From assembly GCA_030141605.1 (NCBI GenBank), contig JAQGDQ010001045.1, positions 3,986 through 67,985 on the forward strand: a stretch of DNA of 64,000 nt, written 5' to 3'. The notes under the pieces were generated by a model, which was given only the letters and a program-made list of their open reading frames with translations, had not been told where the DNA came from and did not search any database. This document shows positions 12,371 to 26,047 of this stretch, in pieces (positions within the stretch are counted from its first letter, which is position 1; the number at the start of each line of letters is the position of its first letter). The stretch comes from Tubiluchus corallicola. Lineage: Eukaryota > Animalia > Priapulida. The position numbers were made by a program, and so were the translations under genes.

Positions 12371-12505
12371 TTACAAATTAGTTAATGCATTAACTATTAA
12401 ACTAATTTACAAGTTAGTTAATGCATTAACTATTAAGCTAATTTACAAGTTAGTTAATGCATTAACTATTAAGCTAATTTCCAAGTTAGTTAATGCATTA
12501 TTAAT
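12371..12505. repeat. 36-bp AT-rich tandem repeat (about 4 copies)
   Basis: Unit TTACAAGTTAGTTAATGCATTAACTATTAAGCTAAT. Confidence 0.85.
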
Positions 12506-12834
12506 TATTAGGCCAGTTAATTTGTCCAGATTGTTCCAAATTGCTGCTTAAACCATCCACTAGTTTATAATTGTTTTTAAACAACAGATGGCAGCACATG
12601 CCTTTCATCAATGCTTTGCTGGGCTTTTACAACACAGTTCTACAGACATACTAGCAACTGAAATTATAGTTAACAGGAGATTAGAAAGAGTACTCTTAAA
12701 ACGGTAGATCTTTGACTAACATTGATCAGTAAACTCCGCACACGGTGTGAACGGAATGCAAACGAAAGTGCTGCATACGAGAGATCGTTCAGGCTCGCAA
12801 CCTTTATGAGCCTACTACCGTATTTTCATTTTTT

Positions 12835-13374
12835 GACTACGGCCAAATCATGTTGAAAACACGGGTTCTCGTCTGATCACCGAAGTTAAGCAACGCAGAG
12901 CCTGGTTAGTACTTGGATGGGTTACCGCCTAGGAATACCGTAGGTGCTGTAGGCTTGCGGGATGCCCACACTGTATCTCGACACTAGGCAGAGGAGCTGC
13001 ACAAGCAGCCAACGGCTAGAGGGCAGAGGAGGTCAAGTGACCCAGCGGCCATGTGTAGAGGAGTAAACTTTCCAAATCAGGAGTGGAGCCCCGAAGGCGG
13101 ACCAGTGCAGCATGCTCACTGACTCCGGCAGCTCCTGGAGCCCAATGTATCGCTCCGCTTTCCTTTGGACTACACCAGGGAGGAAGAGAGGGGGTTCCTG
13201 TTATCTGGGCAACTCAGGATCTCCATACACCTTGCCCAGGCGTGCGCCCTGGAGACGTTCAAGAATCGGACTGCTCAGCCACAGTCGACGCTGCAGCTCC
13301 ATCAATGTGATCAATAACTGACTCTCTTGGCGCACACTCCATTGTGTTCCGAAACAGAAGGATGCCAACAACAA
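12835..13374 (+). mobile_element. 5S rRNA-derived SINE (SINE3 type), copy 1
   Basis: Full-length 5S-like head 12835-12956 (CTCGTCTGATCACCGAAGTTAAGC..GTTAGTACTTGGATGGG..GGTGCTGTAGGCTT) without a T-run terminator, about 420-bp body, (CAA)n tail, ATTTTCATTTT on both flanks; second copy at 55333. Confidence 0.9.
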
Positions 13375-14185
13375 GCAATTTTCATTTTAACCAGTTTATC
13401 GTTTGGTGTATCAATTTGTTACTGAAGCTAAATGAGTTTATTGCATTTACTGCCTCACGTAGTCAACTGCTGATGTCATTGAACCAATTAAATAATTAAA
13501 ACTTGCAGAACCAGTTCTAAACAACAACGACAGCTCACTGCTGACGGCAATTATGTAACAACAAATTACCCTCATGTTTAAAACAACCCGCACAGGTGCA
13601 GAATAATAAAAGTTGAATTCAAATTAGTTTATTTTTCCACGCTACAAACGATTTACGACCAAATTTTCCGGATGTGGGCACAAGTTTGTTGAAGCAAAAC
13701 ACTAATTATCATAAAAACTCCATAAATGAAAACTCGTCCATAAAACAACGGATGCCGTTACTTTTTTATTTGCTTTAAACCAGTTATTACGACAAGCATA
13801 ACAGCATTTATTAGATTCGTAAACTCGTGAGACTAATATATACAAAAAAGCTCAAATACGATAGTAATCGTGTATGTATAAACAATACGGTACTTCTATA
13901 AAATACATAAACAATTGTTACTTAACATTACATGTTTACAAAGCGCATTGCAACGAACCACACAGCTGCCCAACACCAAAAGCTACTTTTTCGAATATAT
14001 ATGCAAAAATTATAGTAAAAAAAACTTTTGATTAATCATATGCACAATACATGTAAGCGGAAGAACTTAGTTTATAGTATAGGCCATTGACTAACGGTAA
14101 GCACAAATGTGAAACATTGGCAACGTACATAGTTTTGATTAATAACTAATGCATGTGAGAATATCACGTGCAGTGCAGTAGTACA

Positions 14186-14699
14186 ATAAGCCTTTTCACA
14201 GTTTCAGCGATTGATGATGATCGCGAAAAGGTCAAAGATTAAGTGTACCACACCACGTTTGTGTACACTTGACAACGCCTCGCAGCCCATGCTATTGTAA
14301 TAGTAACCATTTAAACAACTAGCTAGAATCTTACCTAGTTCATTTTTACTTGTTCCCAAGCAAAATCCTGCTAGTAAATTACTCTATGCACAGACTAATG
14401 CATAGTTAACTGAAGTCCACGTAAAACAACTGAAATTACTGAACTGATGCAGCACACGACTTTGTCTTAACAACACGCACGTCAGACGACGATTGTAGTT
14501 AAGACACGTTGCTAGTAAAATCACTCTACACACAGACTAATTCATAATTAAGTGAAGTCCATGTAAAACAACTGAACTGGGCTTTGCTTTACCCACATGT
14601 CACATGACAGTTGTAGAGCAAGACGTCTGATGTTACTGTAGTACAGTTAACCTTTGACCTACAGCAACTGCGTGCAACAAAAATGTGAAAAGGCTTAAT
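14186..14699. mobile_element. MITE family C (second copy about 54584-54970)
   Basis: TIRs AATAAGCCTTTTCACA / TGTGAAAAGGCTTAAT; internal homology with 54584-54970. Confidence 0.75.
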
Positions 14700-14794
14700 G
14701 CATGTAATGTTTTCTTTAGCTTAATTAAACTGGCAGAAATTGTGCGCACATAACTTATCATACTAGGAATAAGAATAGCCCTCATGGTGCTTAC

Positions 14795-14880
14795 TTAGCA
14801 ACCGAAAGTTAGGCAACATCTAAACTGGCAAGTGACTGGATGGGCGACCACCGTGTTCTATTTGGTAATGCTGATCGTGG
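14795..14880 (+). mobile_element. Decayed 5S-related SINE fragment (similar remnant about 47045-47112)
   Basis: ACCGAAAGTTAGGCAAC..ACTGGATGGGCGACC resembles the 5S A and C boxes; both remnants continue into (A/T)AATGCTGAT. Confidence 0.45.
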
Positions 14881-15135
14881 CTGCTTGCCTTGTTGAGGAG
14901 AGGTGTTGACATCAGAACACGACCAAGACACCTCTGCCGGCTTTGCGTCTCACTTGAACCCTTTAGTTTTAATTGAGTCGGGTTCTCGTCTTGCCACAGG
15001 CAGCAACACTGAGCAGGCCTTGCAGAAATGCATGAAAAATGACCTACGAAACAACGGGTGCGGTAACCAGTTCATCAACACAAATGCGGCACCTCCGCTT
15101 AATAGCAATGAGCAGGTATTAAAATGAGTCCATTG

Positions 15136-15520
15136 TTTCAAAAACAACATTCATGACGTTGCACACGAGGTGAATCTTACTGCCTAAACAAACTTCAAAA
15201 ACAACATTCATGACGTTGCACACGAGGTGACTCTTACTGCCTAAACAAACTTCAAAAACAACATTCATGACGTTGCACACGAGGTGAATCTTACTGCCTA
15301 AACAAACTTCAAAAACAACATTCATGACGTTGCACACAAGGTGTCTCTTACTGCCTAAACAAATTTCATAAACAACATTCATGACGTTGCACACGAGGTT
15401 ACTCTTACTGCCTAAACAAATTTCAAAAACAACATTGATGACGTTGCACACGAGATGAATCTTACTGCCTAAACAAACTTCAAAAACAACATTCATGACG
15501 TTGCACACGGGTGACTCTTA
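15136..15520. repeat. 57-bp tandem repeat (about 6.5 copies plus a displaced copy near 15570-15650)
   Basis: Unit TTCAAAAACAACATTCATGACGTTGCACACGAGGTGAATCTTACTGCCTAAACAAAC. Confidence 0.95.
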
Positions 15521-16195
15521 CAGGACACAGTCATGGACAACGCAATGACAGTGCTATCTTGTTACGTCATAAGCAGGTATTAAAATGAGTCAATTGTTTC
15601 AAAAACAACATTCGTGACATTGCACACGAGGTGTGACTCTTACTGCCCGAAGACAATTTTAATCAAAGCAAGGTTACAGTGACGAGCAAAGCAATGACTG
15701 CGATATCTCACTGTCGTACTGTACAGTGAACAAGAGCAAGACCTTGTAGATTTAACAGACACAAGCAGATAGACAAACGAACGGTTTCTCCATCGTACAG
15801 AAAAAACTGCAAGCAAAAGTGAATTCGTGCTGATAAGACGGTACACATAAACTCTCAAGGCCAACGTCTTAAGAAAACAGTAAAACAGTGAGGTAATAGA
15901 GAGCAATAGCTTTGAATATAATAAACTGTGCTACTAGATAAGTGGGAATGAAACAGGAAATATACAGTTAGTATAGATAAGATTACTTCCTTAAAATAAA
16001 CAGACTAAACGCTCACGTTCTGAGATTAACTGGTATATTTCAAAAGCTACAGTCCGCGACGGTTGGACTATTACTCCATATTTGTCCATTAATAATTTTT
16101 CAAACAAATGTTACGGTTTCGTTTTAAACCTTCCTTAAAGAGTTTACGAGTTAAAGTTTACAATTGTACACACACAAAGAATGAGTTCATGAAGC

Positions 16196-16973
16196 GGATT
16201 AGGATTAGGGTTTGATTAGAGTTTGATTAGGTTTAGGGTTGGGGTTTGGTTAGGGTTAGGTTGGGACTAGGATTAGAGTTGGGGTTAGGATTAGGGTTAA
16301 GGTTTGATTAGGTTTAGGGTTAGAACTAGGATTAGAGTTTGGGTTGGTGTTAGGATTAGGACTAGGATTAGGGTTGGGGTTGGGATTAGGGTTGCGATTG
16401 GGATTAGGGTTTGATTAGAGTTAGGGTTGGTGTTAGGATTAGGACTAGGGTTAGGGTTTGGTTAGGATTAGGTTGGGACTAGGATTAGGGTTTGATTAGC
16501 TTTAGGGTTAGGATTGGAGTTAGGGTTAGGTTTTGACAAGGATTAGGGTTGGGGTTTGATTAGATTTAGGGTTAGGGTTAGGACTAGGATTAGGGTTGGG
16601 TTAGGATTAGGGTTGGGGCTAGGGTTAGGATTAGGGTTGGGTTAGGACTAGGATTGGGGCTAGGGTTTGGTTAGGGTTAGGATTAGGGTTGGGTTAGGAT
16701 TAGGGTTGGGGCTAGGGTTTGGTTAGGATTAGGGTGGGGTTAGGATTAGGGTTAGGACTAGGATTAGGGTTAGGACTAGGGTTGGGATTAGAATTAGGGT
16801 TGGGACTAGGATTAGGGTTAGGGTTAGGACTAGGATTAGGGTTAGGACTAGGATTAGGGTTAGGACTAGGATTAGGGTTAGGACTAGGATTAGGGTTAGG
16901 ACTAGGGTTGGGATTAGAATTAGGGTTAGGACTAGGATTAGGATTAGGATTAGGACTAGGAATAGGGTTGGGG
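16196..16973 (+). repeat. Interstitial telomere-like hexamer array (TTAGGG/TTAGGA/CTAGGA/TTGGG variants)
   Basis: About 780 bp of degenerate TTAGGG, regularised distally as the 18-mer TTAGGGTTAGGACTAGGA. Confidence 0.9.
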
Positions 16974-17993
16974 TATTTACATTGTGTGAGGAATTACAAA
17001 CTCCTTCAAGATTACCCACTAACAACTCATTAAAAAATCACGTTCAATTAAAGAGTTAATTCCATCAAAGTAAAAAAATCATATTACGAGCTAACAAAGA
17101 TGACCTATATTAAGAGTCACAGTGCCACCTGGCAATACAAGTTTTACATTTCTTCCTCGGGCATCCATTATTATTTATTTTCTTAAGCAAGAATAAGATT
17201 TCCTCGAGGAAAAACATGATGTTTCGTGCAGCAAAACAGGTCTGCCTCGAGCTACAACATGATGTTTCATGCACCAAAACAGGTCTGCAGTTTCTTCATA
17301 ACCTCAAGCACGACTATGTTTCGTCTCAAGCAGGACTAAGAATACTTCCTTGAGGAAAGAGGTAACATTTTTAGCACAGTTACAATTTTAACAAACTACT
17401 GTTTACTAGATAAAGTAAAAATCAATACATGCAAAAACAGCAGGGTTCTCACAGAATTTTAAAATAAATTTCCCGGACTGTTCCCTGACCAAATATTGAT
17501 TTTCCAGGACCAAGATAAGCAGAAATTGCATTACCAGTATCAATATTCAAACATTTTTGTGTATGGACATTCATACATGTACTGATATATCATGCATCAG
17601 CCAATCATGATTTTGGAACAGAAATTGAAACTGGGAGCCTGTCATAGCAAAATTTTATTTGAACACGAATCACTCAAAAATATGTTTGGAAAAATATCGG
17701 TTCACTGAGATTATTTTTGCAACCCTTTCCAATTTCCCTGACTTTTCGCCACATCGTCAAGCATTTTCCCTGAATCTTTAGCAAATTACCTTTTTTCCCA
17801 ACTTTCCAGATTAGCCTGTATTTTCCAGGATTTTCCCCGACCATGGGAACCAGGAGAGAGCAGAACTGTAACTACTGGCAATATTTTGGTTTAGAAACAG
17901 CACACAGTCGCATATATACATAATAACACACACCAAGACTCCCGGCGTTCCGCAAGCACATGCCACACGGTTATAAGCAAAATACGACACACG

Positions 17994-18115
17994 CGCACAC
18001 GGACAAAGCCAGTAATTGTGCACACGGACAAAGCCAGTAATTGTGCACACGGACAAAGCTAGTAATTCCGCACACGGACAAAGTCATTAATTGCGCACAC
18101 GGACAAAGCCAGTCA
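17994..18115. repeat. 25-bp tandem repeat (about 5 copies)
   Basis: Unit GCACACGGACAAAGCCAGTAATTGT. Confidence 0.88.
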
Positions 18116-18503
18116 TTGAAAATGGACGCAACTCAAAACCGAGCTAAACGTTCTCACAAGTATAAGCGTTACGAGATCGTATGATACCAAATCTAGGAAA
18201 ACTCTTACCTAAACTAATCGTGAAGGGTCTACATTAGACAGGATAAAGTGACTTGACGATTACCGTATACATGTGATAAATATTGAGATCCCTAGGTACA
18301 AATACGACACACAAAGCTTCCAAACCTTCATCAATATCACGCTCATAACTGCCACAATTAAAAGATTACATATCCATGCATGAAAGCACGCTGAAGATCA
18401 CCATAGTTAAAAATAATGAAGTGATGGAATTTCTCTACGTCTAATCACCCAGTTGCAGCGACTTCTCGGTCGTATGCTACGCGCAAACTTTGCTAAAAGC
18501 CTC

Positions 18504-19910
<1,407 letters not shown>

Positions 19911-20126
19911 CTATTTGTTCTACCTGGAAAACAAAAAAAAATACAAAATCAAACTAAAACAAAGCAAAAGCAAAAAATAAATCAGCTATTTTTGATCATA
20001 CATTCCAACACCCTAGTGTAAACTTCACCACAACGGATTCAGCGACTTACTTTGTATCCACAGTTCCACATGGATCTTAGTTTTCAAATATCTTCTTTAG
20101 TAAACAGTACTTTATTCATAAGCTAC

Positions 20127-21238
20127 TAGGGCCTCCGGTTTTCCGTGATCGCGGAAAACGGACGGAATTCAAGGAAACAGCTACAGTCGACCCTCGTTAA
20201 ACCGGACCCCGTTAGCCCGGATATCGGATAAGACGGACGTCATCCGTGGTAAAGGAAACTGACCGATTTCCGTCCGAGCCGGAGCGCTAAACACAACACG
20301 GCCTACCAACTGTACAATAATTTCTTTATCCTCCCAGGTTAACTATTTTAAAGTAATATACAGAATAGTATATAGTGCAATGTATATAGGCCTTATTAAG
20401 GTGATTATTCCTGTATAATATAGACCATGTATAGGCATATTGGATAAATTGGACAATCGGCTAAATCGGACCCCCCCCCAATTAGTCCGGTTTAACGAGG
20501 GTTGACTGTACTTAAAACGGAAATGGCCTGATTCCTGATTTCTTGTAAATTTAATGTGTACTAGAGACGAAATGACTTCGCTTTTTACTTTCCCACAAAT
20601 TCAAGCAGTTTTGTCAGGTTTTTGAAGGTCTTGCTAGAAGCTTTTCCTCCATATTTACTTTGAATGCAACTTGAACAACCACTAAGTCTCTTCTCCGCTT
20701 GTTTTTGCATTTGCCACGAGAAATACGGAAATCTTTAGCTTGAGCTTGTAGCGAATAGAAAGCAAACACGTGCGTGAAAAGGTTTCCCACTTTCAAACAG
20801 CACGTGGACATGCCTTCGAAGTTCCATAATTACGTTTACTTTTAAAACTCATTTGAACTTTATTCCTTTAACTAGTTAAGTCTATTTAGTTGTTTTAAAA
20901 TGGCCGATGAAGGTTGTGTGGGGCAAAAATTTGCTCAATGACAGGAGGGAGTCGTTGAAAGAGGAAAACACCAAGCAGTTCATTACGTTACACCATAATA
21001 GCACTGTAAAAGAGAGGTTACCTGCAAATTAAATGTTGTTGTAAAGCCATAAAAATATTTGATAGACTGTATGCTTATTTCATATTAATTTTTTTATTTA
21101 CAATCTACCACATATTACCTAATTTGACGACAAATATTAACTATAAGGGCATCCTAACTTCAAATTTCTGTGAAGCGAAATTGACAATTCTTTGAAACGA
21201 AATTTGGCCAATTTTGAAACGGAAAATCGGAGGCCCTA
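20127..21238. mobile_element. hAT-like non-autonomous element containing a nested MITE
   Basis: TIRs TAGGGCCTCCGGTTTTCCGT / ACGGAAAATCGGAGGCCCTA; (TA)AGCTAC on both flanks. Confidence 0.8.
20184..20508. mobile_element. Tc1/mariner-pogo type MITE (nested)
   Basis: TA|CAGTCGACCCTCGTTAAACCGGAC ... GTCCGGTTTAACGAGGGTTGACTG|TA. Confidence 0.88.
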
Positions 21239-24190
21239 AGCTACCCTCAAACATTTTTAAATAAAGAGATCAAACGTTGCAATTGTTTTTTTAATCGAAT
21301 TATTACATGATGGTATCAGTGGGGTAGCATGACTAGTTTTCCTTTAAATGAGTCTGCATCTCTAGAATTTTTACTCATTGAATTTGTAATCTCTTTCAAA
21401 ACAAAAGCATAATTTTACTTTTAGTGAGCTGAAAGCTCGAGCGGATGCAAAATGCTCTAACTTAATAATAATAAATAAAAAACTGAAACTTCGTGAAGAG
21501 AAACACAATAACTGAGTTTAAGTAGCTGAAGTTGCAATATCACAAATCATTACACAATGAACAGCCAAATTTGCGAACAGTACCAAAAACGGGAAAAATA
21601 AATTTTCATCACTTCGTTCAAAAAAAACGACAATCACCTGACCGCTACAACAAACGTTTAAGCTAACCACCTTCTTTTATTAAAACTTTTCGCAATTAAC
21701 ACCAAACAAAACAATAACTGGCAAAACGGCAGCTCAAAATAACCTTCCAGTTTCACATCCTTTTTACTTTTAGCAAACACCTGATGTGCACAAAAGATGT
21801 TCTTCTGTTGATTGTTGGTTTGTTCGCGATTTCAAGTTTCCTTCACGACTCCTACTTGTAAAGCTTTCAGATCTACGGACTGAGAGCCCAATGTAGAAAA
21901 CAAAACTTGACAAAACAAGAAAGAATTTCAAGGAATCATCAAATGAGATTGCCGAAAAGTGCTAAGCTAGAAGGGAATAGATGGCTATAAACACGAGGAA
22001 AAAACATAGACATAGACATAGACATAGACTGCATTATTCTCCAATAATGTGTCAAAAATTTCATTTTACAAATTTAAAAAAAATTACATTATTCGTGGAG
22101 ATGTGGTGAGGAAAGATTGAAAAGAGTGAAATTAAACAAAAATAATAAAAGATAAACAAAATAAACTATTACAATCACATTAAAACGTCGCCAATTTTTG
22201 TCTCTTTCAGGATAACAGTTGATCAATTTTATTTATTTCAGTGCAACAAAGCGAAAGGATGCCACCCATCATTAACTATAGTCTCGAACATTAATAAAAA
22301 CGCCATGAGTAGAACACACTGCAAAAGGTGTAGGTCAATAATGAGAGGAGCACACGATTAGGAGTATGACTGCCAGTTGTATGCATAGCTGTAATTCTGA
22401 ATTCACGCACTAATTATTGATAACCTTGAAACTCAGATTATAAATAATTACTTACATGTAGAATGCAAGTCAAAATGCATGTAGGACAAAACACAAATCC
22501 TTGAGACTAAGTTTTCTGACGATTTTTAAAAAAAACGGTTACGATGCGCGTGAAGCGCAATACCTAGTTTCTCAAATCTTCCAAACGCCTGTCTTGATCA
22601 TTAACAAGGGGAACTACAACAGAGCACAAAGGGAATATTTAGTCAAGTTTCCTGCAGGGGTTTCAGTTTACGATTAAGACTTGCAAACAACATGAAGCAT
22701 GTCACTGCAGTTTGCTTTTTGAAGAGTTAGATCACAGGAAAAGAAAGGAGGAGATCACTGAAGGCAGGGTTGTCGAACTTGTTACAAGGTTGATTCTGCC
22801 CTGTTTAAAATGCAAGGTACCAGACAAGGGTTCTGGGTTTAGAATCATCTCTAGCAGGGTGAGGATTAAATGTCAGCATCTACAAACTCTAGCGTAATCC
22901 GTAATGGTGAATGTTTGGTAAAGTTCGTGTTTCTGTATCACTTTTTTCCACGAGTGCTCTCTTCCTATTCTCTATGTTTTCTCTCGTCACTTTTGTTCTT
23001 ACTCTTACTCTTGCTCTTTCCCGCTCTTACTCTTGTTCACTCACTCTCACTCACTTTCTCATTCTCTAACTCTCTCTCTTTCTCTCTGGCACACAGACTT
23101 TCAACTGTGCTTGAGACTTAATCATGGAACTTCTACCTTTTTGCTTTGCCTTTTAATTTGACATTAATTTGACAGCTCAAGTAATTTAGTTCTCTCTATA
23201 ACTTTGAATCTTCCGGCAAGAGAATGTTTTTAAATAAACAATTTCATTAGAAACGGAGTAATAAAAATGCCATTACATGTGCCTAAAGATGAGAGGATAA
23301 AGCTGTCGAAAATTCTGTGTTATTAAATGTTGTGAACGAGACATGTGACTCGTACTTTAATTTGTGAAATTGATCATTAAACAGTTTTGCATATTGCTTT
23401 TAATAACTGTTTTTATTTGAATGCTTCCTGTGCGTACAGCATATATTTTTAACAGCTCCAGAATTAATCTTCATTCTCATAAAAATAATTTTGTCCTTTT
23501 TAAGCATCTGGGGCATTAACAAACTACTAACCCACGTACGTGTGGTACTAGTATGTGTATGTGATAACTCATGTATTTACAGGAGACATCGTAATAAAAA
23601 CATCTCTGCTGAATTACGAGAACAAAAAAGACTCATTCACAGAAAAGTTCACGTTTGTTAACTGAACCAAATCGAAAAATCAAACTTAATTACGTAGTCA
23701 CCTGAATCTCTTTACCCAAGAGTTTTTTATTTCTGCCAGATGGCGCTCCGGCTTAGACTGCAGTATTAGTTAAGTGCATCTGATGCTGAAGGTACGTCTG
23801 TGTGTGTTAATCCCTACCTTTTACTAGGCAGCATTAATAGGTAGTAAGTGGTGATTTGTCTTTACCAATATGGTAGCATGTGTTGAGACATTACCTACAA
23901 AAAATGATGATTACTACAGCCATGATGATTTTATATCAGATAACACTGTACGTATGTTTGCATTTCTTCTTTTTTAACTTTGTGTGCTTCGTTGCAAATA
24001 ATGCATTAGACAACGCTAAACATTCCCTTTCATTGTAAATACATGTTGTTGTGCTACTGCTTCATGTAAATAATTCACTAAACTGAGGTGTAGCTTATGC
24101 TTTTAAATCACGTTCTAAATAAACTATTTTATATTTATGTAAATAAACGAATCGGTAGTTATTTTTCAATTTTGACATTTTCCTATAAGC

Positions 24191-24713
24191 TGTTGTGTTT
24201 TGTTTCTCTCGAAAGGCTCGTGGAGAAAACCAGAAAACACTTCGTCAAATTAAACTAGTTTATTAAGCGATAATTCTACAACACAAAAGTATGAAGGAAC
24301 ACGAAATGATTACACTAAACGTGAAAATCTGGAAAACGTTTGAGTGTATCTGAAAATACAGGTATACAAGAGAATGTGTGAGTGGCGTCCGTGTGAATCC
24401 GCGTGTCTCCCTCAGTGGCCTGCTTCGCCTTATATAGCGCGCCCGAGAAGCTTCTTGAAGTTCCTTCCCAGAACATTCTACACGGTAAGACGATTATTCT
24501 AACGTAACATTCTACAGTGTTCTATTTAATTCTAATAGATGCCAGCGATCTCCACAACGTAAACTACGATCACACTTTGGGGCTCACTGTCGTAAGTGAC
24601 TTTACACGTGCATAAATAGGCAAAGCATTCCAGCACGCAAATTCGTGATAGATAATAAAGATAATAATAAGATAGATAATATAATTCGTGAAAAGATAGA
24701 CAAAATCTTTACG
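24191..24713 (-). mobile_element. Probable solo LTR (Gypsy-like)
   Basis: AAGC|TGTTGTG ... TTTACG|AAGC (4-bp TSD, CA end seen as CG); minus-strand TATA-like element at about 24432 and AATAAA at about 24258, in LTR order. Confidence 0.5.
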
Positions 24714-25427
24714 AAGCTGTACAGTGTAGCTAAACACCAAATGTGATTAAATAAATTAGAGTTTTCACCAATAACATTAATCTTGCTTTATTTTTTTTAC
24801 ATTTTGTGTTTTACATATTTCTCAATTTAGCACAAATTAAACAATTTAAATTTACATTGCGAAAAATTGCGATAACTCCCCCGTTTCCAGAAAGCAACAA
24901 GACTCGAATGAGTGCTGTAGATTGCCTTTCAGAACAATGCATTCAAACTTCATCGAAGACAAACTACGGTTTTACCAAATTTTGTTACATTCTTGATTGG
25001 ATTATGTTTGGAAGGTATAATAGTCGTTCTTCCTTAAAACGCTCATCCGATGAGCTTGTGAGAAGAAGAGAATACTGGCTAAAATGGTAACAAGTGTGCA
25101 CACTATCATGAAAGGATTAAAGTTAACTTTTATTATAAATAATCATATGTTTTAATATCAATTATAGGTGACTAAAATTTAAATTAATTAAAAAATTATG
25201 CTATGCTATGCTATGTTATGGTATTTTACACATGCATGAAATATGCAATACTTTCTAAAGCAAAAATACAGTTTACTAATGTAACCGCATTGTGACACAG
25301 TTTTCTGCAATTGATTTGCTTAAAATTACAATGTTTAAGTTTAGCTTTCTTTCTGAAAATATTACTTTCTAAAAAAAAATCCCATCAACATTCACATGGC
25401 AAAATTTCCTCTGAAGTCTTGCCGTAG

Positions 25428-26047
25428 TTAAGCAGGGCATGTTTGAGAAATAGGGCCCTCTTGTCTTGTAGCTAAAGCTGATATAAGCGAAAAAATCTTT
25501 GTTGATGATGGTGTTATCTTTACTTTAGGCAAATGTGAGTAAATCCACGAATAAGAACAAGCCACATTCTCGTATACAGCGTAGTTACTGTTGCTAGGGC
25601 AACCAGCCTTTCCGCCTTGCACTACACCAATCAGCGTCCACTTTCCATTTTGCACCTGAGCAAATGGCCCTCCTGAGTCACCGTAGCAAGCATTCGAGTA
25701 AGGGCCTTTTGACTTGCCTGCACATATCTGGTGTGATCGCACAGGACTGCCTTCACCTTCACACTTGCTTTTATCCACTACTGAAATCTCCAGATATTGA
25801 AGAACATCAGCTTGAGCTCCTCCAAAAGTCTTGTCTGACTCCGTCTGTCCCCATCCAGTAACAGCAGCTAGGCTAGGAATGGCTGGGCCAGACTGCGCCA
25901 TGGGAATTACCCGAACATGGTTTGTGAGGGCAGCACTGGAGCTTAACTGCAAGATCGCAACATCCACATCCCTATCAGGATGTTTTATAAACTCTTTAAC
26001 TGCTATATGTTGCTCCGTTGGGTCTGGGATGGAAAGTGTATGTTCAC
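25428..26047 (-). CDS. Trypsin-fold (S1A) serine protease, terminal exon; upstream His-containing exon not found (possibly partial or pseudogene)
   Basis: tttacag|GT GAA CAT: GEHTLS..DVDVAILQL (catalytic Asp), VTGWG, QICAG, NACYGDSGGP (catalytic Ser), WTLIGVV. Confidence 0.8.

Larger units (their letters stand above)
19924..21637 (-). other. Probable 5' UTR intron of STK38
   Basis: Minus-strand acceptor ttttttttgttttccag| 43 nt upstream of the ATG; candidate donor cag|gtgatt at 21637 (less certain). Confidence 0.5.

Noticed and set aside
12835-12956. Functional 5S rRNA gene (also 55333)
   Set aside because: No oligo-T terminator, substitutions relative to 5S, and both copies share a long body and (CAA)n tail typical of a SINE.
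16719-17033. Poly-GL ORF and other low-complexity ORFs (46651, 48907, 49243, 57557-58027, 62715-63033)
   Set aside because: Translations of simple repeats.
22650-22897. Short open frame after a possible acceptor
   Set aside because: No recognisable homology or partner exons.
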